A program made the translations under genes and the position numbers. Below are positions 34,400 to 44,389 of a stretch of 64,000 bases of DNA, piece by piece. Source of the stretch: Rhodocyclaceae bacterium (lineage in GTDB: Bacteria; Pseudomonadota; Gammaproteobacteria; Burkholderiales; Rhodocyclaceae); contig JANJVS010000172.1 of the NCBI GenBank assembly GCA_024709955.1, positions 33,314-97,313 on the forward strand, read 5' to 3'. The notes beneath the pieces are model-generated. The model saw only the letters and a program-made list of their open reading frames with translations, made no database searches and was not told the DNA's origin. Position 1 is the stretch's first letter, and every line of letters starts with the position of its first letter.

Positions 34400-35899
34400 G
34401 TGGAATTTAGCATAAAGAGCGGTAGCCCGGAAAAGCAGCGTACCGCCTGCGTCGTGGTCGGCATCTTCGAATCCCGCAAGCTGTCCTTGCCCGCGGAGTT
34501 GCTCGATAACGCCGCCCGCGGCTATCTGTCCGACCTCCTACGCCGTGGCGACATGGAAGGCAAGCTGGGAAGCACCCTGCTGTTGCACAAGGTACCGGGT
34601 ACCGAGGCCGAGCGCATTCTTCTCGTCGGCCTGGGCAAGGAGCGCGAATTCCGAGAAAACGAATATCGCACGGCGGTCGCTGCCGCGGTGCGCACCCTCA
34701 ATGAAACGGGTGGATTCGATGGCACGATCTATTTGACCGAGCTTCCGGTCAAGAAACGCGATGTCGCCTGGCGTATCCGCCAAGCGGTACAGGTGGCCGA
34801 AGAAACCCTCTACCGCTTCGACCAGATGAAATCCAAAAAGGACGATGTACGCCGCCCGTTGCGCAAGCTGACCTTCTGCGTCGAACGCCGCACCGAGCTT
34901 GCCGTCGCGGAAAAGTCCCTGACCGAAGGCCATGCGATCGCCAGCGGCATGAGCTTCATGAAAAACCTGGCCAATCTGCCAGGCAATGTGTGCACCCCCA
35001 CCTACCTGGCCGAGCAGGCCACGGCGATGGCCCAGGAACACGGACTACAGATCGACGTTCTCGGTCGCGCCGAAATGGAGCAACTGGGGATGCACTCCCT
35101 GCTGGCGGTGGCCAAGGGCTCCCACCAGCCTCCGCAATTCATTGTCGCCAAGTATCAGGGCGGCAAGACAGACGACAAGCCGATCGTCCTGGTCGGCAAG
35201 GGCGTGACCTTCGACACCGGCGGCATTTCCTTGAAACCGGCACCGGAAATGGACGAAATGAAGTTCGACATGTCGGGCGCCGCCAGTGTGCTCGCGACGA
35301 TGAAGGCGGCCGCTCTCATGAAACTGCCCCTCAACGTCATCGCCGTCGTGCCGACGGTGGAAAACATGCCCGGGGGGGGCGCCACCCGTCCCGGTGACAT
35401 CGTCACGTCGATGTCGGGCCAGACTGTCGAAATCCTCAACACCGATGCCGAAGGCAGGCTGATCCTGTGCGATGCGCTCACCTATGCGGAGCGATTCGAC
35501 CCCGATTGCGTCATCGATGTCGCCACCCTGACCGGCGCCTGCGTGATCGCGCTGGGGCACGTGGTCAGCGGCCTGCTTGCCAACACCGACAGTCTCGCCC
35601 GTGAATTGCTCGAAGCCGGCCATGAGGGTTGGGATCGCGCCTGGCAGATGCCCCTGTTCGACGACTACCAGGAGCAGCTGAAAAGCAACTTCGCCGACAT
35701 GGGCAACATCGGTGGACGCCCCGCCGGCACCATCACCGCCGCCTGCTTCCTTTCGCGCTTCACCAAGAAGTACGACTGGGCGCACCTCGACATCGCCGGT
35801 ACAGCCTACAGGTCGGGCAAGGAAAAGGGTTCGACCGGCCGGCCGGTTCCCCTGCTGGCGCACTTCCTGCTGGCGCGCGCCGGCGCGCAACAGGCGTGA
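34400..35899 (+). CDS. pepA: Leucyl aminopeptidase
   Basis: [28 protein letters not shown]; GTG start after AAGGAG. Confidence 0.98.
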   Translation: MEFSIKSGSPEKQRTACVVVGIFESRKLSLPAELLDNAARGYLSDLLRRGDMEGKLGSTLLLHKVPGTEAERILLVGLGKEREFRENEYRTAVAAAVRTLNETGGFDGTIYLTELPVKKRDVAWRIRQAVQVAEETLYRFDQMKSKKDDVRRPLRKLTFCVERRTELAVAEKSLTEGHAIASGMSFMKNLANLPGNVCTPTYLAEQATAMAQEHGLQIDVLGRAEMEQLGMHSLLAVAKGSHQPPQFIVAKYQGGKTDDKPIVLVGKGVTFDTGGISLKPAPEMDEMKFDMSGAASVLATMKAAALMKLPLNVIAVVPTVENMPGGGATRPGDIVTSMSGQTVEILNTDAEGRLILCDALTYAERFDPDCVIDVATLTGACVIALGHVVSGLLANTDSLARELLEAGHEGWDRAWQMPLFDDYQEQLKSNFADMGNIGGRPAGTITAACFLSRFTKKYDWAHLDIAGTAYRSGKEKGSTGRPVPLLAHFLLARAGAQQA

Positions 35900-36321
35900 C
35901 CAGCATCTCTTTCCTGCATGGGGCGACCGACCGTATCCAGTCGGCGGCCCTATGGCTGCACCAGGCTTGGCGCGAGCGCAGGCAGGTGCTCGTCTATGTG
36001 CCCGACGGCGAGCAGGCCACCCGGCTCGATCGCGTGCTCTGGTCGCACCCTCCGCTATCCTTCCTGCCCCATTGCGGACGCGACTCGCCCCTGGCCCCCC
36101 AGACCCCCATCGTATTGACGGACAAGCTGGACGATCCCCCCCAGGAAGCCTGTCTCTTGAATCTCAGCGACGAACTGCCGCCGATATTCTCGCGCTTCGG
36201 ACATCTGGTAGAAATCGTCAGCACCGACGACCGCGACCGCCTGCCCGCCCGCGAGCGCTTCAAGTTTTACCGGGATCGCGGCTATGCCATCGAAAGTCGC
36301 GACATTTCCGGCGGATTCTGA
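35896..36321 (+). CDS. holC: DNA polymerase III chi subunit
   Basis: [32 protein letters not shown]; GTGA overlap with the pepA stop. Confidence 0.93.
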   Translation: MTSISFLHGATDRIQSAALWLHQAWRERRQVLVYVPDGEQATRLDRVLWSHPPLSFLPHCGRDSPLAPQTPIVLTDKLDDPPQEACLLNLSDELPPIFSRFGHLVEIVSTDDRDRLPARERFKFYRDRGYAIESRDISGGF

Positions 36322-36701
36322 TGGCGCAGGGCGAAGACATTCTCGATCAGGCGGACGCGCTGATGCGCCGCCACCGCAGCTTCGTGGCGCGCGGCGATAC
36401 GGCCGGCCTTGCGGCGACGCCGCCGACCGACGACACGCCTGGCGACGGCGACATCCCGCTGCTGACCGAGGTCGTCGAGATCGCGCCGGACGCCGCCGCG
36501 AACGAGGCGGCACATACCGTCCAGTCCAGCGCGATCCAGCACGAACTCGATGCGTGGCTCGCCGAGATCCTGCCGTCGCGCATCGATGCGCTGGCGGAAC
36601 AGATCGGCCAGCAGCTGCTATCCGGGCTGGCGGACGAGGCGCGCGGCACTCTGCTCCCGCGGCTGCATGCGGCGTTGCAGGCACGGCGCAAAAAAGAGTA
36701 G
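36321..36701 (+). CDS. Hypothetical protein between holC and valS (PopZ-like layout)
   Basis: ATG shares a base with the holC stop; N-terminal helix, acidic/Pro linker with DIPLLTEVV, helical C-terminus. Confidence 0.75.
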   Translation: MAQGEDILDQADALMRRHRSFVARGDTAGLAATPPTDDTPGDGDIPLLTEVVEIAPDAAANEAAHTVQSSAIQHELDAWLAEILPSRIDALAEQIGQQLLSGLADEARGTLLPRLHAALQARRKKE

Positions 36702-36755
36702 CCCCCCCCTTCGGTATAATTTTCGTTTTGCCTCAGCACAGCTGACTCCCCATCC

Positions 36756-39572
36756 ATGGAACTCGCCAAAAGCTTCGAGCCCGCCGAAATCGAGCGGCGC
36801 TGGTATCCGCTCTGGGAATCGCGCGGCTATTTCGCCGCCGGTCTCGATACCCATAAGAGCGACAACTTCTGCATCCTGCTGCCGCCACCGAACGTCACCG
36901 GCACCCTGCACATGGGCCATGGCTTCAACCAGGCCATCATGGACGCGCTGACACGCTACCACCGCATGCGCGGCGCCAACACGCTCTGGCAGCCGGGCAC
37001 CGACCACGCCGGCATCGCCACGCAGATCGTCGTCGAACGCCAGCTCGATGCGCAGGGCGTGTCGCGCCACAACCTCGGCCGCGAGAAGTTCCTGGAAAAG
37101 GTCTGGGAGTGGAAGGAATACTCCGGTGGCACCATCACCAGGCAGATGCGCCGCCTCGGCACCTCGCCCGACTGGACGCGCGAACGCTTCACCATGGACG
37201 CCGGCCTGTCGAAGATCGTCACCGAGACCTTCGTGCGCCTCTACAAGGAAGGCCTGATCTACCGCGGCAAGCGCCTGGTCAACTGGGACCCGAAGCTGCT
37301 CACCGCCGTCTCCGACCTCGAAGTCGTCAGCGAGGAGGAAGATGGCTTCATGTGGGAGATCCGCTATCCCTTCGTCGGCTGCGAGGGCGCGCTGACCGTC
37401 GCCACCACCCGCCCGGAAACCCTGCTCGGCGACGTCGCCGTCGCCGTCAATCCCGAGGACGAGCGCTATACCCACTTGATCGGCAAGCACGTGCATCTGC
37501 CGCTGACCGGCCGCAGCATCCCGATCATCGCCGACGCCTACGTGGACAAGGAATTCGGCACCGGCTGCGTCAAGATCACGCCGGCCCACGACTTCAACGA
37601 CTGGCAGGTCGGCCACCGCCACGGCCTGGCGCCGATCTCGATCCTCACCCTCGACGCGCGCATCAACGAGCACGGCCCGGAGCAATACCGCGGCATGGAC
37701 CGCTACGAGGCCCGCAAGCGCATCGTCGCCGACCTCGAGGCCCTGGGCCTGCTGGTCGCCACCAAACCGCACAAGCTGATGGTGCCGCGCGGCGACCGCA
37801 CCGGCGTGGTCATCGAACCGATGCTCACCGACCAGTGGTTCGTCGCCATGAGCAAGCCCGGCGCCGACGGCAAGAGCATCGCCGCCAAGGCGCTCGAATG
37901 CGTCGCCTCGGGCGAGATCAAGTTCGTGCCCGAGAACTGGGTGAACACCTACAACCAGTGGCTCAACAACATCCAGGACTGGTGCATTTCGCGCCAGCTG
38001 TGGTGGGGCCACCAGATTCCCGCCTGGTACAGCGACGACGGCCGCGTCTATGTCGCCCACGACGAGGCCGATGCCTATGCGCAGGCCAGAAACGACGGCT
38101 ACACCGGCGGCCTGGAACGCGACCCGGACGTGCTCGACACCTGGTACTCGTCGGCGCTCTGGCCGTTCTCGACGCTCGACTGGACACCCGAATGGCCGGC
38201 CAAGTCGAACCCGGCGCTCGACCTCTACCTGCCCTCGACGGTGCTCGTCACGGGTTTCGACATCATCTTCTTCTGGGTGGCGCGCATGGTGATGATGACC
38301 AAGCACATCACCGGCAGGATTCCCTTCCAGCACGTCTATGTGCATGGCCTGATCCGCGACGCGGAAGGCCAGAAGATGAGCAAGTCCAAGGGCAATGTGC
38401 TCGACCCGATCGACCTGATCGACGGCATCGGCATCGACGACCTGGTCGCCAAGCGCACCACCGGGCTGATGAACCCGAAACAGGCCGAGCAGATCGAGAA
38501 GCGCACGCGCAAGGAGTTCCCCGACGGCATCGCCGGCTTCGGCACCGACGCGTTGCGCTTCACCTTCCTCTCGCTCGCTTCGCCCGGCCGCGACATCAAG
38601 TTCGACATGCAGCGTTGCGAGGGCTACCGCAACTTCTGCAACAAGCTGTGGAACGCCACGCGCTTCGTATTGATGAACTGCGAAGGCAAGGACTGCGGCC
38701 TCGACGTCCAGGCCGCGTGCGATGCCGCCCACCTGGACTTCTCGCCGGCCGACCGCTGGATCGTCAGCCTGTTGCAACGGGTCGAGGCCGAAGTCGCCAA
38801 GCACTTCGCCGACTACCGCTTCGACCTGCTGGCGAAGACCATTTACGAATTCGTCTGGGACGAATACTGCGACTGGTATGTCGAACTGGCCAAGGTGCAG
38901 ATCCAGAACGGCGGCGAGGCGCAGCAGCGCGCCACGCGCCGCACACTGGTGCGCGTGCTGGAAACCGTGCTGCGCCTGGCCCACCCGCTGATCCCCTTCA
39001 TCACCGAGGAGCTCTGGCAGCAGGTCGCGCCGGTGGCCGGCAAGGCAAATGTCGGCGCTGGCGACACGGTGATGCTGCAGTCCTATCCGGTCGCGGACTT
39101 GTCGCGCTGCGACGCGGCTGCCGAAGGCTGGGTGGCCACGCTCAAGTCCCTCGTCACCGCCTGCCGCAGCCTGCGCGGCGAAATGAACCTGTCGCCTGCC
39201 CAGCGTGTGCCGCTGATCGGCACGGGCGACCTCGCGGCACTGCGGCAGTTCGCCCCGTATTTGTCGGCGCTGGCCAAGCTCTCCGAGGTGACTGCCCAGG
39301 AAAGGCTGCCGGACAGCGACGCCCCGGTTCAGATCGTTGGCGACTTCCGCCTGATGCTCAAGATCGAGATCGATGTCGCGGCGGAAAAGGAGCGGCTCGG
39401 CAAGGAACTGGCCCGCGTCGAGGGCGAGATCGCCAAGGCGGAAAAGAAACTCTCCACCGAGAGCTTCGTCGCCCGCGCCCCGGCCAACGTCGTTGCCCAG
39501 GAGCGCGAGCGGCTGGCGAGCTTCAACGCGCTGCGCGAAAAGCTCACCGCCCAACTGGCCAAGTACGCTTAA
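36756..39572 (+). CDS. valS: Valine--tRNA ligase
   Basis: [30 protein letters not shown]-terminal coiled coil. Confidence 0.99.
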   Translation: MELAKSFEPAEIERRWYPLWESRGYFAAGLDTHKSDNFCILLPPPNVTGTLHMGHGFNQAIMDALTRYHRMRGANTLWQPGTDHAGIATQIVVERQLDAQGVSRHNLGREKFLEKVWEWKEYSGGTITRQMRRLGTSPDWTRERFTMDAGLSKIVTETFVRLYKEGLIYRGKRLVNWDPKLLTAVSDLEVVSEEEDGFMWEIRYPFVGCEGALTVATTRPETLLGDVAVAVNPEDERYTHLIGKHVHLPLTGRSIPIIADAYVDKEFGTGCVKITPAHDFNDWQVGHRHGLAPISILTLDARINEHGPEQYRGMDRYEARKRIVADLEALGLLVATKPHKLMVPRGDRTGVVIEPMLTDQWFVAMSKPGADGKSIAAKALECVASGEIKFVPENWVNTYNQWLNNIQDWCISRQLWWGHQIPAWYSDDGRVYVAHDEADAYAQARNDGYTGGLERDPDVLDTWYSSALWPFSTLDWTPEWPAKSNPALDLYLPSTVLVTGFDIIFFWVARMVMMTKHITGRIPFQHVYVHGLIRDAEGQKMSKSKGNVLDPIDLIDGIGIDDLVAKRTTGLMNPKQAEQIEKRTRKEFPDGIAGFGTDALRFTFLSLASPGRDIKFDMQRCEGYRNFCNKLWNATRFVLMNCEGKDCGLDVQAACDAAHLDFSPADRWIVSLLQRVEAEVAKHFADYRFDLLAKTIYEFVWDEYCDWYVELAKVQIQNGGEAQQRATRRTLVRVLETVLRLAHPLIPFITEELWQQVAPVAGKANVGAGDTVMLQSYPVADLSRCDAAAEGWVATLKSLVTACRSLRGEMNLSPAQRVPLIGTGDLAALRQFAPYLSALAKLSEVTAQERLPDSDAPVQIVGDFRLMLKIEIDVAAEKERLGKELARVEGEIAKAEKKLSTESFVARAPANVVAQERERLASFNALREKLTAQLAKYA

Positions 39573-40453
39573 TTGCCGCTGGCCTGATAGGCACCGCCAG
39601 CCACCTTGGCCATCATCGCGGCCGTGCTGTCCGGGTGGCTGGCGATGCCCATGAACTGGAACATGCCCAGCTCGGGCCAGGCCAGCGCCGTGCGATAGCG
39701 GGCGAACAGGGCATGGGCCTTGTTGTCCACCACGAAGATTTCCCATGGCAGCGCGGCCACATGGTCCGCGCCGATCTTCTTCGCCCACCAGCCCTCGCCG
39801 TCCTCCGGATCGTTGGTGGCGACGCCGAACACGGCTAGCTTCTTCTCCGGCATCACCACTTCGTAGACCTTCGCGGTCTTGGCGACACCCTTGGCCAGAT
39901 TGTCGCGAATCGTCTTCACCGCCTCGTCGAAGCTGGCGTGCGCCTTCAATTCGCTCTTGTCGCCGAAGCGCTCCATGCCGGCCATGTAGCGATAGCCCGG
40001 CAAATCCTCCGGCTTGACCTCGCCGCCGAAGGGCTTGCCGGCACCGAGGACCTGCTGCAGCCTGGCGGTGGCGGACTTGACCGCCGCCTCGGCCTTGGCG
40101 TAATCCTGCCGCAGGTAAGCGCGCTGCCAGTATTCGAGGTTCTGATAGGAAATGGAACCGTCGGCCTTGACGCCGACGCGGATCGGCAAGCCGACCACAG
40201 CCGAGCCGCCAATCTGGGTCAGGGCGGCGGCAAGTCCCGGCTCGGTCACGATGATCGCGCCATGCTGGGGCAGGCCGGCGGGCTGATGGCGTCCGATCAC
40301 GGCAAAACCCGCCGCCGCCAGCTTTTGCTCGACGGTTGCCATCGTTGCCTTCAGATCGCCGCCCGGCTGCTTGTCGCCGCCGACATAGGGTTGCAGCGCG
40401 TGCGCCAGCATCGAAAATGCCACGAGCGCGCAGCCAGTGATGATTTTTTTCAT
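39569..40453 (-). CDS. Exported hypothetical protein with two DUF302-like halves
   Basis: Sec signal [19 protein letters not shown]; halves [21 protein letters not shown] and [20 protein letters not shown] resemble DUF302. Confidence 0.7.
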   Translation of the reverse strand: MKKIITGCALVAFSMLAHALQPYVGGDKQPGGDLKATMATVEQKLAAAGFAVIGRHQPAGLPQHGAIIVTEPGLAAALTQIGGSAVVGLPIRVGVKADGSISYQNLEYWQRAYLRQDYAKAEAAVKSATARLQQVLGAGKPFGGEVKPEDLPGYRYMAGMERFGDKSELKAHASFDEAVKTIRDNLAKGVAKTAKVYEVVMPEKKLAVFGVATNDPEDGEGWWAKKIGADHVAALPWEIFVVDNKAHALFARYRTALAWPELGMFQFMGIASHPDSTAAMMAKVAGGAYQASGN

Positions 40454-40500
40454 GGGTCTCCTCCGTTGTGCGTGTTGGAATGGTTTTTATTTGTCCGTGC

Positions 40501-40533
40501 AACAAAAAGGCCGGCTAAGCCGGCCTTTTTGTT
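40501..40533. terminator. Perfect hairpin terminator between the FadL-like gene and the exported protein gene
   Basis: AACAAAAAGGCCGGC-TAA-GCCGGCCTTTTTGTT, a 15-bp perfect inverted repeat. Confidence 0.85.
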
Positions 40534-40546
40534 CATGGCTACCCGA

Positions 40547-41986
40547 TCAGAAGCGGTGGCTGTACATCAACTGCCAGTTGTGGGTTTGCTCGTGAGTGGT
40601 TTTCATCAAAGTGGAGAGCGAGTTCGTCGTGGATACTTCGGGAGCGTAGGAGTAGGAAAAATCGATGCTGGATGCGGCGCTGAAGGCATAGCCGAAGCCC
40701 AACGTGTAGTGGTTCTTTATCGTTGCCGGGAACAGATAATTGACATACTTGTTAGGCACCGGGTTGTCGGCGATATTCACACCGGCACGCAGCGTGAGCG
40801 CGTCGGTGTATTTGTAGGAGCCACCGATCATGACCACGTTCTGGTCATCCCACTCCTGCGGCATCGTGATACCCATGGTCTGCCCCGCCATGCCCATCGC
40901 GGTATTCACCGCGCCGGAGTCGGCGACAAAGCTCATCTTCATGCTCTTCATGGTGTCGGCCCAGCCAATACGCTTGTAGTCGGCAGCCAGCATCAAGCGA
41001 TCATTGACCTGATAGGCGAGGCCGATGCCAAAGGTTTCCGGCCATTGGAAATCGACCACCTTCAACTTGCCGGTAATGGACATGACACCGCTACCATCGG
41101 GGGTCATGGCGGCAGGCACGCCCATCTTCATGGCGCCGTTACCCGACATGTCCTTCAAACTGGTTTTGGCATGATAGACGGCACCGATCGACAGCTGAGG
41201 GGTGGCCTGCCACTGGAAGCCGATATTCCCCGCCCAACCATCCGTCTTCAGGCGCTGCTTCATCTTGTTGGCGCCCTCGGAAAAATCGAACTGCGCCCAG
41301 GTCACATCGAAACCGGGCATCGCCATGAAGGAACCCATGGCGAGCGGCAGGGTGCTCGTGGGCGACATCGCGGCCATGCTGGATGTGCCGCCCAAAATCT
41401 GCGCGAATTGCGAACCGGTCATACTCATCTGAAGGTCGAGTCCCCCCCAGAGATAGTCGATGGAGCCGCCGACCTTGAACTTGTCGGTCACATCGTAGGC
41501 GAGCGGCAACATCAGACGACCGAGACCGAGTTCGGAACGATTCTCCTGCCCGGATGCGCCCATCGCCCCGCCCATCATCGATTGGGATGCGCTGAGGAAG
41601 GAATTCCTCCCGTATTCGGTGCCCATGCCGCCCTGGGCCATCATGCCCAGGCCGAAGGTAAACCGTTCCATCTTGCGCACATAGCCGACGGCGGGCATGT
41701 AGTAGGCATCACCGTCGGAACCGGCCTTCATGCCCATCATCGAGGAGTTGACGTTCGGGTGCAGGCCGCCGATCGCGACATCGAGGCGGCTGGAGCCGCT
41801 CTTCATCATGCCCAGCGTGGCCGGGTTGTTGATCATGCCGGCGGTGCCGTTGTCGTATGCGTAGGATGCGCCACCCATGCCGGTCGCGACTGGGCCGTAG
41901 CCCTCCATGTTCATGCCGTTGGTGGCAAAGGCCGGAGCGGCGAGGCCGGAAACGGCAATCAGCGCAGCGATTTTTTTGAGCTTCAT
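40547..41986 (-). CDS. OmpP1/FadL/TodX family outer membrane channel, methionine-rich
   Basis: Signal peptide then TNGMNMEGYG..GMGGAS..NNPA hatch motif of the FadL family; terminal YSHRF. Confidence 0.88.
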   Translation of the reverse strand: MKLKKIAALIAVSGLAAPAFATNGMNMEGYGPVATGMGGASYAYDNGTAGMINNPATLGMMKSGSSRLDVAIGGLHPNVNSSMMGMKAGSDGDAYYMPAVGYVRKMERFTFGLGMMAQGGMGTEYGRNSFLSASQSMMGGAMGASGQENRSELGLGRLMLPLAYDVTDKFKVGGSIDYLWGGLDLQMSMTGSQFAQILGGTSSMAAMSPTSTLPLAMGSFMAMPGFDVTWAQFDFSEGANKMKQRLKTDGWAGNIGFQWQATPQLSIGAVYHAKTSLKDMSGNGAMKMGVPAAMTPDGSGVMSITGKLKVVDFQWPETFGIGLAYQVNDRLMLAADYKRIGWADTMKSMKMSFVADSGAVNTAMGMAGQTMGITMPQEWDDQNVVMIGGSYKYTDALTLRAGVNIADNPVPNKYVNYLFPATIKNHYTLGFGYAFSAASSIDFSYSYAPEVSTTNSLSTLMKTTHEQTHNWQLMYSHRF

Positions 41987-42145
41987 GGTCCCCCCTGATG
42001 GGTTTTTATTCAAGCTGTTGGAGAAATACGCCGACCGAGGCCGGCACGTGGGTCCGACTCTAGGATGTCAAACAACGGATGCCAACCGCTTCCCTCATCT
42101 CCGTCGTTCGGCAACCCGTCATCGTTGTAATGGTGCGACAAAGGC

Positions 42146-42751
42146 TCAAATGAACAAGGTGACGTCCGCCTTCTGGGCGACGGGCAGGAACGAGGCCGCG
42201 CCGACGTAGTCCATGCCTTCGACGAAGTCGTCATGGCTGAAGCCGAACAGCTCCACGGTCATCTGGCAGACGACGAACTTGACGCCGGCCTCCTGGGACA
42301 GTTCGCGCAACTCGGCGATGCCGGCCACGCCGTTGTTCTTGATCGTCTGCTGCATCAGGCTGGTGGCCACGCTTTCGAAGCCCGGAATACCGGCCTGGAC
42401 GATATTTGGGATGTTCCAGTTGATGCTCTTGAACCAGTCGGGACCGAACGGCATTTTCATCGGCATGCCCGGGTTGCCCAGCGGGCTCACCTTCAGGTCG
42501 GAAACATCCTTCTTGACCAACTGAAGGCCGTAGAAGGTGAAGAACACCGTGACATCCCAGCCCAGCGCGGCGGCAGTGGAAGCAAGGATGAAGGGCGGAT
42601 AGGCCCAGTCCAAGGTTCCCTTGGTGGCGATGATCGCCATCGAGGGGGTCTTCGATTCCTCGCGCTCCTGCAGCAGGGCATCGAGTTTTTGCGGCAGGAG
42701 CTCGTCCAGCCGCTTGTTGATCAATTCTTCGATTTCGGGGTTGGTGCTCAT
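42146..42751 (-). CDS. dsrE2: DsrE2-like (DsrE/F/DrsH family) sulfur carrier
   Basis: AIIATKGTLDWAYPPFILASTAAALG..FFTFYGL, FVVCQMT; adjacent to tusA. Confidence 0.85.
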   Translation of the reverse strand: MSTNPEIEELINKRLDELLPQKLDALLQEREESKTPSMAIIATKGTLDWAYPPFILASTAAALGWDVTVFFTFYGLQLVKKDVSDLKVSPLGNPGMPMKMPFGPDWFKSINWNIPNIVQAGIPGFESVATSLMQQTIKNNGVAGIAELRELSQEAGVKFVVCQMTVELFGFSHDDFVEGMDYVGAASFLPVAQKADVTLFI

Positions 42752-42858
42752 GGAATCTCCTGTGACGATGCGGCCTATGGCATCGAATTACCGTGTATTC
42801 GGTAGCTAGTGAAACGGATGATGCGATACATCGCGGTGCAGCATCGAAGCAATTTTAT

Positions 42859-42878
42859 TTATGCGGACATTTGCATAA
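42859..42878. promoter_or_regulatory. Palindromic operator candidate upstream of dsrE2
   Basis: TTATGCG-N6-TGCATAA; a similar site lies upstream of tusA. Confidence 0.5.
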
Positions 42879-42879
42879 G

Positions 42880-42910
42880 AAAAGGGCGCCCTCCTTGCGA
42901 ATGGGCGCCC
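42880..42910 (-). terminator. Terminator after tusA
   Basis: GGGCGCCC..GGGCGCCC stem followed by TTTTCTT on the minus strand. Confidence 0.6.
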
Positions 42911-42958
42911 CTGCATTTCCTGGCTCGGCTGTCTTCAGCTGCGCCGCCGCACCGCAAT

Positions 42959-43186
42959 TTACTTGCGCTTGATGTAGAACTCGAATTCCTTATTGTTCTC
43001 GGCGCTGGACAGCAGCTCGTTGCCGGTCTGCTTGGCGAAGGCGGCGAAGTCCTTCACGGAACCCGGATCGGTGGCGATGATGCGCAGCGTCTGACCGCTG
43101 GTCATCTCGCCCAGCGCCTTCTTGGCGCGCAGAATCGGCAGAGGGCAGTTGAGGCCACGGGCATCCAGTTCGCGATCGAAATTCAT
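42959..43186 (-). CDS. tusA: Sulfur carrier TusA
   Basis: LDARGLNCPLPIL..ATDPGSVKDF; RBS GGAGG. Confidence 0.96.
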   Translation of the reverse strand: MNFDRELDARGLNCPLPILRAKKALGEMTSGQTLRIIATDPGSVKDFAAFAKQTGNELLSSAENNKEFEFYIKRK

Positions 43187-43273
43187 TGTGTATCCTCCGG
43201 TGTTGAATGAGTGGGTTAAAAAGCTTAATGGTGCATCATAAGCCGCATTCAAAGAGGCGGCAATTCGAGAAAC

Positions 43274-43293
43274 TTATGCGCTCTTCCGCATTC
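43274..43293. promoter_or_regulatory. Palindromic operator candidate upstream of tusA
   Basis: TTATGCG-N6-CGCATTC; same left half and spacing as 42859-42878. Confidence 0.45.
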
Positions 43294-43316
43294 CGCTACT
43301 TGCTCATGATCAAGTC

Positions 43317-44294
43317 TCAGGCGACCGATTGATAGTAAAGGTTCTGCGGGTGATTGGCCTGGGCGAAGAAGAACCAGCGCTCCGCGAGCAATCCGAGATA
43401 CTGCACGACGAAGGCGAATGCGAGGACGTCGCCCGCCATCGAGACGAGCCCCAGACCAAGCAGCACCGACGGCACCGCAAAGGCGCCGAGCAGGAAAATC
43501 CACTTGACCGCGCGCAGCACCGAGCCGGGCCGACCGTGGAAGAACTCGCGGGTATTGAAGGCGCCACCCATCATGCCCTGGGCCTTCTGGGCAATCTTCG
43601 GGTGCTTGATGCCAATCGCCGTCTGGAGCGAGGACTTCGGCTTCAGGCGGGCATTGCGGATCAGCGCGGCGACCCGTCCGATCAGGCCGAGCGCCGTGAT
43701 GATCAGCGCCCAGCCCGCCAGCACCGGCATCACATCCGGCGCGACGTCAGCGGCCAGGGCGGCCGCCAACGTAAAACCGGAGGCGCCTCCCAGCAGGATG
43801 TAGTTGATGACGGTCAGCGGCGTATGCCATTCGCGCAGGAAGCGCAGGCAGGCGTAGATCATGCCGGTGCAGACGTAGAGCGCAAACGCGAGCACGGTGC
43901 CGACGACACCGAGTACCGCGGTGACATTCACCGGCGCACCGCTCGGCAGCTGCGCCAGCACCGGATTAATGCCTAGCCAATGCGCCATGCCGTAAAGAAA
44001 GACGGTGCCCATGAAGGCCGGCAACACGATCACCTCGCGCGACAGCCACGAGGTACGCCACTGCGTCGCCGCGCGCCAGGCGCGCTCGGGGTGGCCGAGA
44101 TGGAAGAAAGACGCGATCAGTCCCAACACGAGCAGGACCATGGCGATGGCGCTGCCCACGGCATATAAGCCGTTCGTCTGCGCGGGCAGCAGGCCGAATG
44201 CCGCATAGGACTCGACCGTAAACAGGGCGAGGAACAGGCCCTGCCCGGCACCGATCAGCGTGGTGAGGAATACGACGGAAAAAGCGGGATGCAT
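43317..44294 (-). CDS. soeC: Sulfite dehydrogenase membrane anchor (DmsC/NrfD family)
   Basis: MHPAFSVVFLTT, SFFHLGHPERAWRA..SWLSRE, ERWFFFA. Confidence 0.92.
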   Translation of the reverse strand: MHPAFSVVFLTTLIGAGQGLFLALFTVESYAAFGLLPAQTNGLYAVGSAIAMVLLVLGLIASFFHLGHPERAWRAATQWRTSWLSREVIVLPAFMGTVFLYGMAHWLGINPVLAQLPSGAPVNVTAVLGVVGTVLAFALYVCTGMIYACLRFLREWHTPLTVINYILLGGASGFTLAAALAADVAPDVMPVLAGWALIITALGLIGRVAALIRNARLKPKSSLQTAIGIKHPKIAQKAQGMMGGAFNTREFFHGRPGSVLRAVKWIFLLGAFAVPSVLLGLGLVSMAGDVLAFAFVVQYLGLLAERWFFFAQANHPQNLYYQSVA

Positions 44295-44305
44295 TTATTA
44301 CTCCT

Positions 44306-44389
44306 ATGCCGCTGCAGGGCCGCCCCAAAGCGGCATGCGCCTCCCCGTGGGGGGCAGCGAGATGAATTTGCGGGCGTGGGTGGCCATAT
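44306..44389 (-). repeat. Intergenic palindromic repeat, copy 2
   Basis: Minus strand CCACCCACGC..TCGCTGCCCCCCACGGGGAGGCGC-ATGCCGCT-TTGGGGCGGCCCTGC-AGCGGCAT; aligns with 48523-48603. Confidence 0.8.

Noticed and set aside
36618-40505. 1295-aa minus-strand ORF
   Set aside because: Its first part reuses the exported-protein region in another frame and the rest is antisense to valS; no recognisable domains.
39938-41998. 686-aa plus-strand ORF, and similar shadows over soeA, pckG, dxs, ilvB and the porin
   Set aside because: Antisense to well-supported genes.
42071-42086. Possible sigma54 promoter (TTGGCATCCGTTGTTT, minus strand) for the FadL-like gene
   Set aside because: Lacks the GC at -12. 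No convincing -24/-12 site was found before pilE either.
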